In this document: in pieces, positions 25,801 to 39,600 of the stretch
Layout: each line of letters starts with the position of its first letter
How positions within the stretch are numbered: the stretch's first letter is position 1
From: Geosiphon pyriformis uo1
Taxonomy: Eukaryota > Fungi > Glomeromycota
Direction of reading: 5' to 3'
NCBI GenBank assembly: GCA_016748015.1
Contig: JAAOMT010000607.1
Span: 558,001-622,000, forward strand
Length of the DNA stretch: 64,000 nucleotides
Program-made: the position numbers and the translations under genes
The notes under the pieces: generated by a model
The model's input: only the letters and a program-made list of their open reading frames with translations
Told to the model about the DNA's origin: nothing
The model's database searches: none

Positions 25801-28800
25801 GATCAAACCCTGCATTAGTATCATGTGCATGTTCTGGCATGATACCTTCCTCCTTGTCACTATACCATTTTAACTCCTGTTTCTTGGAGAGATCTGGTAG
25901 TGCAATATATTGTTTATAGTTTGTATTAGAGTTTGGATCTGAGTTGGAATCATTGTCGTTGTCATTGCCATTTTGAATGGAGCTTGAACCATTGTTGTCA
26001 TCATCATTGTCAGAGTTTGAATCAGAATCAAGTGGTAATTCCAATTCTAATGTGCAGCTGCTGATTGGTTCTTCCTTTTCAGGGATTGTGTAGATCATGT
26101 GAGGTGGTCGATTGTAAATAAGGTCACACTTATTACAATATTGGAAGTCACATGGAATCAAACAGTGGTCACATAATCGAGTGTTTAGCTGTGCTAAACA
26201 TTCTTCTTGTTCTTCTCTTGTGGGTGCTAGTTGCTGATAGTGTTCATGAAATTTTTCTGTGTCATTTTCAATGTTGTCAAAGATGTTGAACATTTGGACG
26301 TATTCTGGTTCTGACAGTAATAGTGGGTTGTCTTTAATTTCTCTCAGCTCCTCTGTTGTAGCATCTTCGGACATAGCATATGCCATTCTCCAGATCTCAT
26401 CTTCATCATATGGGTATCCTTCTAAATGTCTTAATGCTTGCTTTCAGGCATCGTCAATTAGAGTTCCCTTTTGTACCCAGTTGTTGATCAGGATCGTGTA
26501 TTGGCATGTTTCATCACATGCTCCCCCTCTTCCAGAAATGTCTTTCCATATTCCTTCATCCAAAAGAGTCTCTTCACAGGCTAGACACAAGGTACCATTC
26601 CATTTTTCCATTTTTGGCAGTCATCTATTGCGTTCAAGGACACATGAGTGACAGTAGTATTCAGTTGCTGTTGTCTATTCTTTGTTCTTACTACAGCATA
26701 CACCTATTGTTGACAATTTCTTACCACAACTGACACATACTAATTTGGGTTGATGGTATCCTGTTTGTAACAGTGTAGAGTATGGGATATGAGCTGAATT
26801 GGTGCTTGGTGGTTGGTTGTATTCCTTTTTTTTCCCTTTTCTCTTTTCTTCTCAGGCCCATTCAGTGGTTAATTCGCTTAGTTTGTCCTCACCTCATGCT
26901 CCTAGATTTGGCTTCCAGGTAAGTTCTTTTTCTTTTTTCTTTTCTTTGTCATTCCATGAGAATATGAGTAGTAGTTCGTTGTGATCAGCGTCAGCCCAGG
27001 AGACTTGAAAAGCTTCTCAGATAGGCTTTTTTTCTTCCTCCAGCTCTATCAATAGTTCTTCTCTTGAAGGAACTTTGAAGTGGCCACACGTGTGTGTTGA
27101 CCATTGTCACTTAGTTGGAGCTCTTGTGTCGTCCAGTCCAGAATGGCATTGGTTTTGGACAGCCAGTCATTACTAACTAGAGCTTGGTATTGGGTGGCGT
27201 CCATCACTAAGACTTTGATGGGAGTGATGATGCTGTTTACTTCAAATGGGAAGTCATCTATCTCGCCAATTGGGATTTTAGTTGTTCCATCAGCAGTGAT
27301 TATATGAGCACTAGCAGCCTGATTAACTCGGTAACTTAATTGGTTCATAAGTTGTTGTGTAATGATGCTGCCTGCTGAACTGCTATCAAGGATGAGTTTG
27401 ATCAGATATCCATCTACTTTCACATCAGTGTACATTGCTGTGATGGGTTTTTTCTCGAGGGCAGCTCCACTGAATAATGGTAATCGGATGGTCCCTTCAG
27501 TTCAAAAGGGAAGATGGCTGCTAATGATTCATTATTGTGATCATTGCTGGTGAGATGTTGTTGGTAAGTGTTGTCTGTTGGTCTGATTCCAAGTTGCTGG
27601 ATGTGGTGTCTTCTGGAGTAACTAGAAGACTTAAATAATTTTGGAAATTTGGGTGTTGGATGGCACCAGTACCTGAATTCTGAGAACAGGATCCTAAGCT
27701 TTGGTGAGAGGAACTGGAGATCAGTTGATAAACAACCATCACCGATCTCCAATTTTGAGCAATTCTGGGTTTCAGGTTTTCTGATGTCATCGTAGCTGAG
27801 TTTTGGAGTGGTGTTTGAATTGATGGTTGAGACTGATAAATTATTTGAAACTGCAGCTGATAAATTACTGGAGGCTGCTATCGATAAATTGCTGGTGGCT
27901 GCAGTTGATAAACTGGAATTTGATATACTGGTGGTTAATAGATTGGTTGCTGCATTATTGGCAGGTAAGTATTTTGATATTGGTCTTGATCTTGATTTGG
28001 ATAACAATTCGGAGTTTGGAACTGGCGATCGGAGTTTTTGTATTGATTTCCCGATCATTGGTTGCTCTAAGTATGGCAATTAACTCGAATATGGCCTTGT
28101 TTACCACAGTTGTGACAGACACATGTTTCTGACTGCCATGGTGGACTAGGTGCTGTCGAGGATAATGAACATGATTGATTTTGGAAATGATTTGTGTTTC
28201 CTGAATTATGGTGTCATTGTGGTGTTTGATATATGGCATGATTGTCAGCTAAGTATTCTTCCAATTTCTTATTAATTGATTCACTAAACTTCTCCAATTT
28301 GGAATCCAATTTAGATGATTCATTTATTACTAGATTAACAGCTTGGGCATAGTTAGCTTCTGACTTAACAGATTCAAAATCTCTGGTGCGTGTAACTGCA
28401 TCTTGAAGGGTGCCTGAATGCAATAGACATATATGTTGCAAGATGCTGCTGTACAGGCCATGGATAAACTGATTGAGTATCTGTGGTACTGTAAAATAGT
28501 TGGCATCAATTGCTTGAATTTGGCGCAGGTTTTGATGGAAGCATTCCAGGTAAGTGGTGATGACTTCCATTTCTCCTTGTTTTATGGTGGTGAACGTGTT
28601 GACTAGATGATTGATGCTGTTATTATTGCTGAAGTATCTTAGGAATTCCACCTTGAAAGCATTGAAATCTTGTGATTTATTAATCAAGCTCTGGTACCAT
28701 AAATTGGTGGTATCCTTAAGAAAGTAGGGAATGGCTTGTATTGCTCAGGTGTCATTCCATCCATTGGCTGTGATGGCTTTTTCTATATCATTCAGCCATA

Positions 28801-29876
28801 CTTGAGTGTCATTCTCTTCACCAGTAAAGTTGTCAAGTTTTGTGATTGGTGTATAGGCCATTAGATCTAAGTTGAGTGATTGTGGTGGCTGTTGCTGAAG
28901 TTGTTGAAGAGGTAATGATTGTTGGAGTGGTACTTGAGGTGGTTGAATTGGCTTACTGATCGGCTCAATTAGTGGTTAATCGATGATGATAACTGGAGGT
29001 AGGTTTTGCTGATGACTTAACTTGGGATTTTGATTTCTTTGATTTGGTGGGGTTCAAATATTTGGAGTTTTAATTTCCGAATTTTTTAAATGTTGCTGAG
29101 TTTAAATGTTTGGGTTTTCTAGAACTGGGTTTTGGTAATTAAATTTCTGATTCTCATCTTCTTTTTCTTCTGATTCAGTAATTTCCCAGGAACTGACAGT
29201 TCCAAAATCTGGCTAATGAGACAGTGATCGAAATCCTGATGGTGTTGGTGATCTTGATTTAAATCCTTCAAAATAATTGCTGTATGCTCCTAATAGTTTG
29301 TTTTTCTTTTGTTTACTCTGAAACGCGATTCTTGCTAGTGGTGTCTTTGTACTAATGGACACATCTACTGATGTGATGTTGATGGTACTTCCGGGCATGT
29401 AATGGTATGATGGATATATCAGAAATTCAATTCTTTGTTTCTTCCAGTTAGGAATTTGTATTCCTTTGGGTGTTACTGCTGGTGTCTGTAGTTTTCTTTT
29501 GCCCTTGTTCTGATACGTAATAGAGAATGTCTTTTGTGTATATCTTTCAATTTCTTGGTTGATTTCTCTGATGATGGGTGCAAAGCTGTTGGTAAGTTGG
29601 TATGTTGGATCAGTTCTGAATAGAAATTTTCTCTTGCTAATTCAATGTCAACTGGTCTTCCTAGAAAATTGGTGATTCTTTTGTTAACGTAGAAGTTGAA
29701 AGCCAATTCTGCTGAGTAATGGTTGTTGTTTAGGCCTAGCTGTTGGCTGTACTGTTGAAATAAGGATTTTGCGAATCCTAAATGGTTTGTCCCTATTATT
29801 TCTGATTCTGCCACTTTTGGTTTGGTGTTGTCGGTGCTGGTTCTTTGTAGGATTATACCTTACAGGAAGCACCAAA

Positions 29877-30713
29877 TGTTACAGGGGATTATTTTTGCTG
29901 TTGAAGTAAATAACAAACCTGTAACTTAGTGCTCAAAAGCTACTTCTGTTAATGATGTTCTGCAAGCATTGTATTTGAAGGTTTTGATGGAGTCTTTTGT
30001 ATAATGGACAGAAATTCAATAGTTGTTTTATCCATAGCTTTCCAGACTCGCAAGTCTGTCAATTTTTTTCTCGGCTTGGTGGCTGGTAATCCTCTGGTAA
30101 GTAATCTATATCTTCTGTACGTGTCCTATCTACTCGCAGGGGTCTTTTACCAGGCAATTTTTGACATCAGTAATCAGTGCTTTTAATCAATTGGTTAGTA
30201 TCTAATAATAAAATCATAGAAAATAAAGAAAATAAAGAAATCTAAAGAAATAAGCCAAGGCAATTTGCAGATTAATATCCTATCAATAGCCGTGATCAAG
30301 AGCTATTGTTCCAGTGTGGTTACATATCAATTACTATCAACACTTCATGTTGATAGTGGAGAGTAGATTGAGATATGAAATAATTATTTATTTGATGATT
30401 TTGTTTCTAGGCTAAAAATTCTGTGGTATTGATTCTGTTTTTTCTGTTTCTAACACTATTGCTATATATACATAATTGAGATTCCTCAATTCCTCAATTC
30501 TTCATAACAGGAAATCTGGAATTCCTGGAATCCTGTGATTCCTTTGAGAGGAATCCTGCAATTCTGGAATTCTGGAATTTCTCGTCAGGGAATCCTGAAA
30601 TTCCTGGAATCCTGCAATTCCTGAGAGGAATTCTGAAATTCCATATTTACTATGCTTACTTCTGATTGGCTAATAATCATGCTAATATATTTCCTATATT
30701 TCTATGAGTAACA
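29877..30713 (-). repeat. 5' LTR of B' (837 bp) with CCAAT box (30665-30669) and TATA (30463-30470)
   Basis: Termini, adjacent PBS, and TSD half CCAC following it. Confidence 0.93.
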
Positions 30714-33700
30714 CCACCCAATATCAAGCTCTAGTTGGTAATAACTGGCTGTCCAAAACCAATGCCATTCTGGACTGGACGACGCAAGAGCTCCAACTAA
30801 GTGGCAATGGTCAATACACACATGTGCCAGCTATGTGTGACCACTTCAAGGTTCCTTCAAAAGAGGAACCATTGATAGAGCTGGAGAAAGAAAAGAAGCC
30901 TATCTGGAAAGCTTTTCAAGTCTCCTGGGCTGACACTGATCACAATGAACTACCACCCATATTCTCATAGAATAACAAGGGAAAGAAAAAAGAAGAAGAA
31001 CTTATCTGGAAACCAAATCTAGAAGCATGGGGTGAGGATGAACTAAGCGAATCAACCACCGAGTGGGCCTGGGAAGAAAAGAGAAAAGAAAAAGAAAAGG
31101 AAGACAACCAACCACCAAGCACCAATTCAGCTCATATTCCATACTCTACGCTGCCACAAACAGAATACCATCAATCCAAATTAGTATGTGTTAGTTGTGG
31201 TAAGAAATTGTCAACAATGGGTGTATGCTGTAGTAAGAACAAAGAATAGATGACAGCAACTGAATACTACTGTCACCTATGTGTTCTTGAATGCAATGGA
31301 TGACTGCCAAAAATGGGAAAATGGAACAGTACTTTGTGTCTAGCCTGTGGAGAGACTCTTTTGGATGAAGGAATGTGAAAAGACATTCCTGGAAGAGGGG
31401 AAGCATGCAACGAAACATGCCAATACATGATCTAGATCAATAACTGGGTATGAAAGAGAACTCCAATCAATAATGCCTAAAAGCGAGCATTAAGATACCT
31501 GGAAGAATACCCACACAACAAAGATGAGATCTGGAAAATGGAATATGCTATGTCTGAAGGTGTTACAACAGAAAAGCTGAGAGAAATTAAAGACAACCCA
31601 CTATTACTGCCAGAACTAGAATACGTCCAAATGTTTGACATCTTTGGCAACATTGAGAACGACCTAAAAAAATTTCACGAACACTACCAGCGACTAGCAC
31701 CCACAAAAGAAGAACAAGAAGAACGTTTAGCACAGCTAAACACTCAATTATGTAACCACTGTTTGATTCCATGTGACTTCTAATATTGTAATGAGTGTGA
31801 CCTCATCTACAATTCACTACCACACATAATTTACATGATTCCCGAAGAGGAAGAACCAATCAGCAGCTGTGCATCAAAATCGGAATCAACACTTGATTCC
31901 AATTCAAACTCCGACAATGATGACAACAACAATGATTCAAGCTCCGTTCAAAATGGCAATGACAATGACAATGATTCCAACTCAGATCCAAACTCTAATA
32001 TAAACTACAAACAATATATTGCACTACCAGATCTCTTCAAAGAACAGGAGTTAAAATGGTATAGTAACAAAGAAGAAGGTATCATGCCAGAACGCATACA
32101 TGATACTGATACAGGGTTTGATTTAAGATACCCAGAAAAAAATGTCATTAAATTAGAACCACATTTATGCACCTGCATTGATCTGAAAGTAGCTTTAGAA
32201 ATTCTAGCAACAACAATGGTTCAATTAGCATCTAAAAATAGTTTAGCAAAAAGAGAGATAAACATCAAAGGAGAAATAATTGACGTGAAATACATAAGAA
32301 ATATCATTGCTATGCTACAAAACAACTCTGAAAAGGCCTATATCATAGAGCCAAATGAAAAGATAGCACAGGCAATATTACTGCCTCTAGTGAAAATAGC
32401 ACAATTAGTATCAGTGGGAAATAGAGAGGAATTAGGGATAACAGCAAGAGAAATACAAGGATTTAGATCAACAGGTAGAATAGAGGTACCTGTTAATATG
32501 CCAGAGGCAGAAATTGTTGGCCAAAGAAAAATTATTTTAACTGGTCAAGTTATTTCCATTCCACCATATAGTCAGTACATGTTAGCAATAGGAAGGAAAG
32601 AAAAGAAGCAAGAACAGATTTTTGAAGCTGAAGCAAATCTTTGTGAATCAGGGGAGATTGGGTTGATTATTCTCCACATACTAGCCAAAAGCTATAGCAG
32701 CATAAAAATTCCCATCTACAACAACACTGGCAATGTCATCAACATACCAGAAGGAACCACCATTGGATATTTAACCATAGAAATAAAAGACCAACCACCA
32801 AATGCCATTCCAAACTTTCCACAACTTTGTGGATATGTTGACATCACATTACAAACAATCTATAGACAAGATGAATATTATTTGCTCCAACCAAAACAAT
32901 TGGAACAAATGAACATAGGAAACTTAGATCCACTCCAATATATGCAGCTCAAGATGTTACTCAACAATTTCAATGACATCTTTGCCAGTGAAAATGAGTT
33001 TGGCTGAACTGACATCATCCAGCATTAGATCAAGACTGGAGATGCAATGCCAATCAAACAAAGAGCATACAGAGTACCGCCAGCCAGCCATGAGATCATT
33101 TGTTAAGAGATAAATAGAATGCTTAACAATGGGCTAATTCAACCATCAATGAGCCCATAGTCATCACCAGTGGTACTTATCCATAAGAAAAATAGAAAAA
33201 TCTGATTTTGTGTAGACTACAGGAAACTCAATAGTGTAACTCGAAGAGACAGTTATCCAACTTCACGAATATAGAAATTATTTGATGCTTTTGGTGGAAA
33301 CAAATGGTTCTCAACATTAGATTTGGACAGTGGTTACTGGCAAGTAGCCATAAATCCAGCTGACAAAAAAAAGATGGCATTCACTACTTGAGAAGGGAAT
33401 TTTGAATTTGAAGTGATGCCATTTGGCTTAACCAATGCCCCAGCAACTTTCCAACAGCTAATAGAAATTGTTTATACTGGCTTATTGTGGAAATCAGTAG
33501 TTGTATACTTGGACAACACCAATGTATTCTCAAAAATGTTTGATGATCATCTTTATTATCTTCAACAAGTGTTCAAAAGACTAAGAAATACAGGACTAAA
33601 GTTAAATGCAACAAAGTGCTTTTTTGGCAAGACAGAACTAAAATTCTTGGGATACATAGTCAGCAAAGACGGCATTAAAACAGATCCAAAGAAAATAGAG

Positions 33701-34949
33701 ATAGTAAAAAACTTTCCAGTGCTGACCAATATGACAAAACTGAAATTATTCTTGGGATTCGCCAGCTACTATTGACGTTTTATCAAGAACTTCTCCAAGA
33801 TAGTGCAGCCACTCAACCAACTGCAAAACAAAAATACAAAATATGAATGGACAGAAAATCAACAAGAAGCTTTTGATATTCTGAAAAGAAAGTTCATCCA
33901 AGCTTCAGTACTGATCTATCCAGATCACAGCAAACCATTCATCATCACTACTGATGCATCCAGCCAAGCATTAAGAGCAGTACTATTTCAGAGAGGACTA
34001 AACGGCAGAGAACATCTAGTAGCATATGCCAGTAGAGGTTTAATACCAGCTGAAAAGAACTATGGAACACTGGAACAAGAACACTTAGCAATATAATGGG
34101 CAGACATAAAATAGAAAGAATACTTGAGCCAGAAGTTTGAGGCTACCAGTAATATTCCACAATTAGGAGTACAGAGAATACTAGTCCAACCAGATGAGAT
34201 TCCACAAAATCTGGAACCAATTGTTATTATTGACAACAACATGTTAAATTGATCCATCAAAAGAATATATAAAGACATAGTAGACGCGACAGAAAATATC
34301 AGAAAAATGGAAATTACAAACAACATTCACTCACTAGCACAACAACTCTTTCAATTAATTCAACACCAGAAAATGGAGATTACAATCAATCAACAAACCA
34401 TTTTATATCAAGATACTAAAAAGACATTGCAACTCAGAACACAGAAGAAAACTGAAAATACTGTGGACAAAATCATAGCGAAAGTAAAATTAGCAATAAA
34501 AGATTTAACAAAAGAGTCACTATATCAAGAGTTGACTAAAGAAACTTGGAATTGGTGGATACAACAATTTCCACAAAACTATTGTTATTTTTACTTGGGA
34601 CAACACATAAATATCCAGAATCTATATACAGATAAGACAAAGTGATTATTTGACAAAAGAATACTACAACAATTAGAACATTTTGTGGAAAAAAACAACT
34701 TATCCACACAGGCCCGAGCCATATACCGAATACACACAGCATTTCAGGATAGACCAGAAATATTGTTCAACAAAGCAATGAATATGGTTACCAGTAATCA
34801 ATTGGGAAAAATCACCAATGCTCAATTTGAAAAATTACAGACCCAAATAACACAAATAATTCTCGAAAACGAAATTCAAGAAATACTTCAAGAGAGGAAG
34901 TTAAATGAGTTAAATTTCGATGGAGCTCAATATTAAAAAGAGGGAATAA
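30714..34949 (+). mobile_element. Inverted 3' half of element B (PR C-terminus, Cys region, dUTPase, RT, RNase H, integrase deleted, ORF3, PPT)
   Basis: Starts (A)TQYQAL, the continuation of VLVMEA at 35670 on the opposite strand. dUTPase ORF 31835-33007; RT 33413-33775; RNase H joined to the INT tail at ~34141. Confidence 0.9.
34307..34936 (+). pseudogene. ORF3 of B (209 aa; one CGA>TGA stop at 34643)
   Basis: ORFs 34307-34645 and 34685-34936 are in the same frame; B' has CAA at the stop position. Confidence 0.88.
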
Positions 34950-35669
34950 TATTACTTATAGAAATATAGAAAATATATTAGCATGATTATTAGCCAATCA
35001 GAAGTAGGTGTAGTAAATATGGAATTCCAGGATTCCTGTCGTGAAAAATTGAGAAATTGAGGAATCTCAATTATGTATATATAGCAGTAGTATTAGAAAC
35101 AGAAAAAACAGAATCAATACCACAGAATTCTTAGCCTAAAAACAAAATCATCAAATAAATAATTATTTCATATCTCAATCCACTCTCTACTATCAACACT
35201 TCATGTTGATAGAAAATGATATGTAACCACACTGGAACAATAGCTCTTGATCATGGCTATTGACAGGATACTAATCTGCAAATTGCCTTGGCTTATTTCT
35301 TTAGATTTCTTTATTTTCTTTATTTTCTATGATTTTGTTATTGAGTACTAACTAATTGATTAAAAGCATTGATTACTAATGTCAAAGATTGCCTGGTAAA
35401 AGACCCCTGCGAGTGGGTAGGACATGTACAAAAGATATGGATTACTTATTAGAGGATTGCCAGCCATCAAGCTGAGAAAAGAATTGACAAACTTGCGAGT
35501 CTGGGAAGCTATGGATAAAACAACTATTGAATCTCTGTCTATTATACAAAGGATTCCATTAAAACCTTCAAATACAATGCTTGCAGAACATTATCAATGG
35601 AAGTAGCTTTTGAGCACCAAGTTACGGGTTTGTTATTTACTTCAACAGCAGAAATAATCCCCTGTAACA
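34950..35669 (+). repeat. LTR, B-type, plus orientation (720 bp, U3 repeats largely deleted)
   Basis: TATTAC..GTAACA termini; preceded by a PPT; followed by GTGG (reverse complement of CCAC). Confidence 0.92.
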
Positions 35670-36650
35670 GTGGCTTCCATCACCAAGACTTTAATGGGAG
35701 TAATGATGCCGTTAACTTCAAATAGGAAGTTATCTATCTCGCCAATTGGGATTTTAGTCACTCCATCAGCAGTAATTATACAAGCACTAGCAGCCCGATC
35801 AACTCGGCGACTTAATTGGTCTATGATTTGTCACATGATGATGCTGCCTGCTGAACCACTATTAAGGATGAGTCTGATCGGATGTCCATCTACTTTCACA
35901 TCAGTGTACATTGCTGTGATGAGTTTTTTCTTGAGGACAGCTCCATTGAATAACGGTAATTGGGATGGTCCCTCCAGTTCAAAAGAGAAGATGGCTGCTA
36001 ATGATTTGTCATTGATGACTGTTGCTGGTGAGATGTTGTTGGTAAGTATTGTCTGTTGGTTTGATTCCAAGTTGTTGGATGTGGTGTCTTCTGGAGTAAC
36101 CAGGAGACTTAAATAATTTTGGAAATTCGGGTGTTGAGTGGCACCAGTACCCGAATTCTGAGAACAGGATCCTGAGCTTTGGTGAGAAGAACTGGGGATC
36201 GGTTGATGAACAACCATTGCCGATCTCCAATTTTAAGCAATTCTGGGTCTCAGGTTTCCTGATGTCATCGTAGTTAAGTTTTGGAGTGGTGTTTGGATTG
36301 ATGGTTGAGACTGATAAATTATTTGGAACTGTGGCTAATAAATTATTGGAGGCTGCTGTCGATAAATTGCTGGTGGCTGCAGTTGATAAACTGGAGTTTG
36401 ATATACTGGCAGTTGATAGATTGGTTGCTGTGTTATTGGCAGGTAAGTATTTTGATATTGGTCTTGATCTTGATTTGGATAATAATTTGGAGTTTGGAAC
36501 CAGCAATCAGGGTTTTTGTATTGATTTTCTGATTGTTGGTTGCTATAAGTATGGCAATTAACTCGAATATGGCCTTGTTTATTACAGTTGTGGCAGACAC
36601 ACATTTCTGGCTGCCATGGTGGACTAGGTACTGTTGAGGATGATGAACAT

Positions 36651-39600
36651 TGTTACTTATAGAATATAGGAAGTATATTAGCATATAAATTAGCCAATCA
36701 GAGGTAGACGTAGTAAATGTGGAATTCCAAAATTCCTTTCAGAGGAATTGCAGAATTCCAGAAATTTCAGAATTCTCGTATGAGAAATTGCAGGATTCTA
36801 GAATTCCAGAATTTCTCTCAAAGGAATTGCAGGATTCCAGGAATTGCAGGATTCCTGACATGAAGAATTGAAGAATTGAAGAATCTCAAATACGTATATA
36901 TAGTAGTAGTATCAGAAGTTAGAAAATTAGTCAATGAAACTCAGAGTTAATTGATTCATGAAGTCAATTAGAATCATAGAATCAATTAGACTTGCAAATC
37001 ATAATTTGTAAAAATACAAAAAAAAACAAACTCTTTTAGTTTAGACCTCTCAGTTTAGATTTAATCTAAGCAACATTCCAGTTCCCAATTATCAAATAAA
37101 TAATTATTCCATATTTCAATCCACTCTCCACTATCAACACTTCATGTTGATAGTCATTGATACTTGACCACACTGGAACAATAGCTCTTGATCATGGCTA
37201 TTGATGAGATATTAATGTACCAAATTGTCTTGGCTTATTTTCTCTATTTTTTTTTTATTTTCTTTTTTTTATTTTATTTTTTGTTCGTTCTTTGATTTTG
37301 TTGTTGTATACTAATTGATTAAAAGATTAAGCGCTAAGTTATTGATGTCAAGGATAGCCTGGTAAAAGACCCAGAAATAAGGGTAGAATTTTATATATTA
37401 TCGGATAGCTTACCAGAAGAGCATGACTGCCAGACTAAATCCAGCCACCACATTGAGAAAAAAATTGGGAAAACTCTTGGAAAGATACATCTACTATTGA
37501 CACTACTGAATCTCTGTCTATTATACAAAGAACTCCACAACAAAACCTTCAGATCCATCAAAACCTTCAAATACAACACTTACAGAATCTCATCAATAGA
37601 AGTAGCTTTTGAGCACCAAGTTATGGGTTTGTTATTCAATTCAACAGCAGAAATAATTCTCTGTAACATTTGGTGCTTCCTGTAAGGTATAATCCTACAG
37701 AAAACCAGCACCAACAACCATCCAAAAGTGGCAGACCAAGAGAAAACAAAGAAAAATCACTTAGGATTTATTTTACCATTACCTTTAAAAAACTTGTTAA
37801 ATTGAAACTCCAATTATTCAAAACCTGATCATTAAAACCCCAAACATTCGAAAATTACCATTGATAAACTCGTTAAAAACTCATTAAATTAAAACTCCAT
37901 TTATTCGAAACCCGATAATTCCAACCCCACTATCATATAAAGAACTTACCTTTGATAAATTTGTTAAATTAAAAACTCCGAAAATTATTTGAAACCCGAT
38001 AATCCCAATCCCGCTATTGTATAAAAAAACTTACCTTCGATAAAACTTGTTAAAACTCCGATTTTTCCAGACCCGATAATTCAAAACCCAAACATTTGAA
38101 ACCTGATAAAATCTAATCCCACTCGTGTAGAAAAAAACTTACCTCAAATAAAACCCGTCAAACCTCTAGAAATTCAAAACTCTGATTATTTAAAGACCTA
38201 TTGAAAGAATTTCAGAAAAAAAACTACCCAGATTCATACTTACTTGTGCAAAAACTGCCTTTTTCTGTGCCAAAAGTCAGTGTTGGAAAAGTGTCAATAT
38301 GAAAAAAACTTAGAGAAGAAAAAAGAATTTGAGAATCAGCAGTACCAAAATTGATCAACAAATCATCAAAACTCACCTGATGGCTCCAAGTTACAATCCA
38401 TTTCCATGCATCATATATTTGAACTCTGAAGAAGACAAGCCAATCAGCAAAAATCAGAATCAGAACTTAATCCCAATTCAAACTCCACTGATGACGACAA
38501 TGACAATTCAAACTCCACCGACAATGACAACAATGATTCAAACTCCACTTCAAACACTGAACAATATATTATGCTTCTAAATCTTACAATAGAGCAAGAA
38601 TTAATTCAATTCAGTGATAATAATGAGAACATTATGTCTGAACATGCACATAATACAGATGCAAGATTTGAACATGAATATTCTGGACAGACCACTATAG
38701 TTAAAAACCCCAGTTACGTATAAAATTAGATTTACAAATAGCAATAGAAATTACAGCAACAACATTGATACAAAAGAGAGATTTAGAAGATTTTGCAAGA
38801 GCTCAATATTAAAGAAGGGAATAATATTACTTATAGAATATAGGAAGTATATTAGCATATAAATTAGCCAATCAGAAGTAGATGTAGTAAATGTGGAATT
38901 GCAGGATTCCAGAAATTTCAAGATTTTCATATGAGAAATTGCAGGATTCCAGAATTCCTAACATGAAGAATTGAGGAATCTCAAATACATATATATAGCA
39001 GTAGTATCAGAAGTTAGAAAATTAGTCAACGAGACTCAGAGTTAATTGATTCATGGAGTCAATTAGACTCACAAATCATAATTATTAAAAATACAAAAAA
39101 AAAACAAACTTTTTTAGTTTAGACCTCTCAATTTAGATTTAATCTAAACAACATTCCAGTTCCCAATCATCAAATAAATAATTATTCCATATCTCAACCC
39201 ACTCTCCACTATCAACACTTCATGTTAATAGTCATTAACACTTAACCACACTGGAACAATAGCTCTTGATCATGGCTATTGATAAGATACTAATGTACCA
39301 AATTGTCTTGGCTTATTTTCTCTATTTTTTTTTTATTTTTTATTTTTTATTTTATTTTTTGTTTGTTCTTTGATTTTGTTGTTGTATACTAATTGATTAA
39401 AAGATTAAGCACTGAGTTATTGATGTCAAGGATAGCTTGGTAAAAGACCCAAAAATAAGGATAGGATTTTATATATTATCAGATAGCTTACCAGAAGGGC
39501 ATGACTGCCAGACTAAATCCAGCCACCACGTTGAGAAAGAAATTGGGAAAACTCTTAAAAAGATACATCTACTATTAACACTACTGAATCTCTGTCCATT

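Larger units (their letters stand above)
13766..29876 (-). mobile_element. Internal region of Gypsy B' (gag-PR-Cys-dUTPase-RT-RH-INT-ORF3), interrupted by element C
   Basis: gag from 29814; PR ILDSSS 27049-27435; dUTPase 25151-26386; RT 24150-24575; INT 14604-15663; PBS 29858-29874. Confidence 0.92.

Noticed and set aside
27420-28079. Ser/Thr-rich ORFs overlapping gag (also 36009-36506 and 58842-59078)
   Set aside because: Shifted reading of the Q/P/Y-rich gag tail, which is naturally stop-poor; lengths and ends differ between copies.
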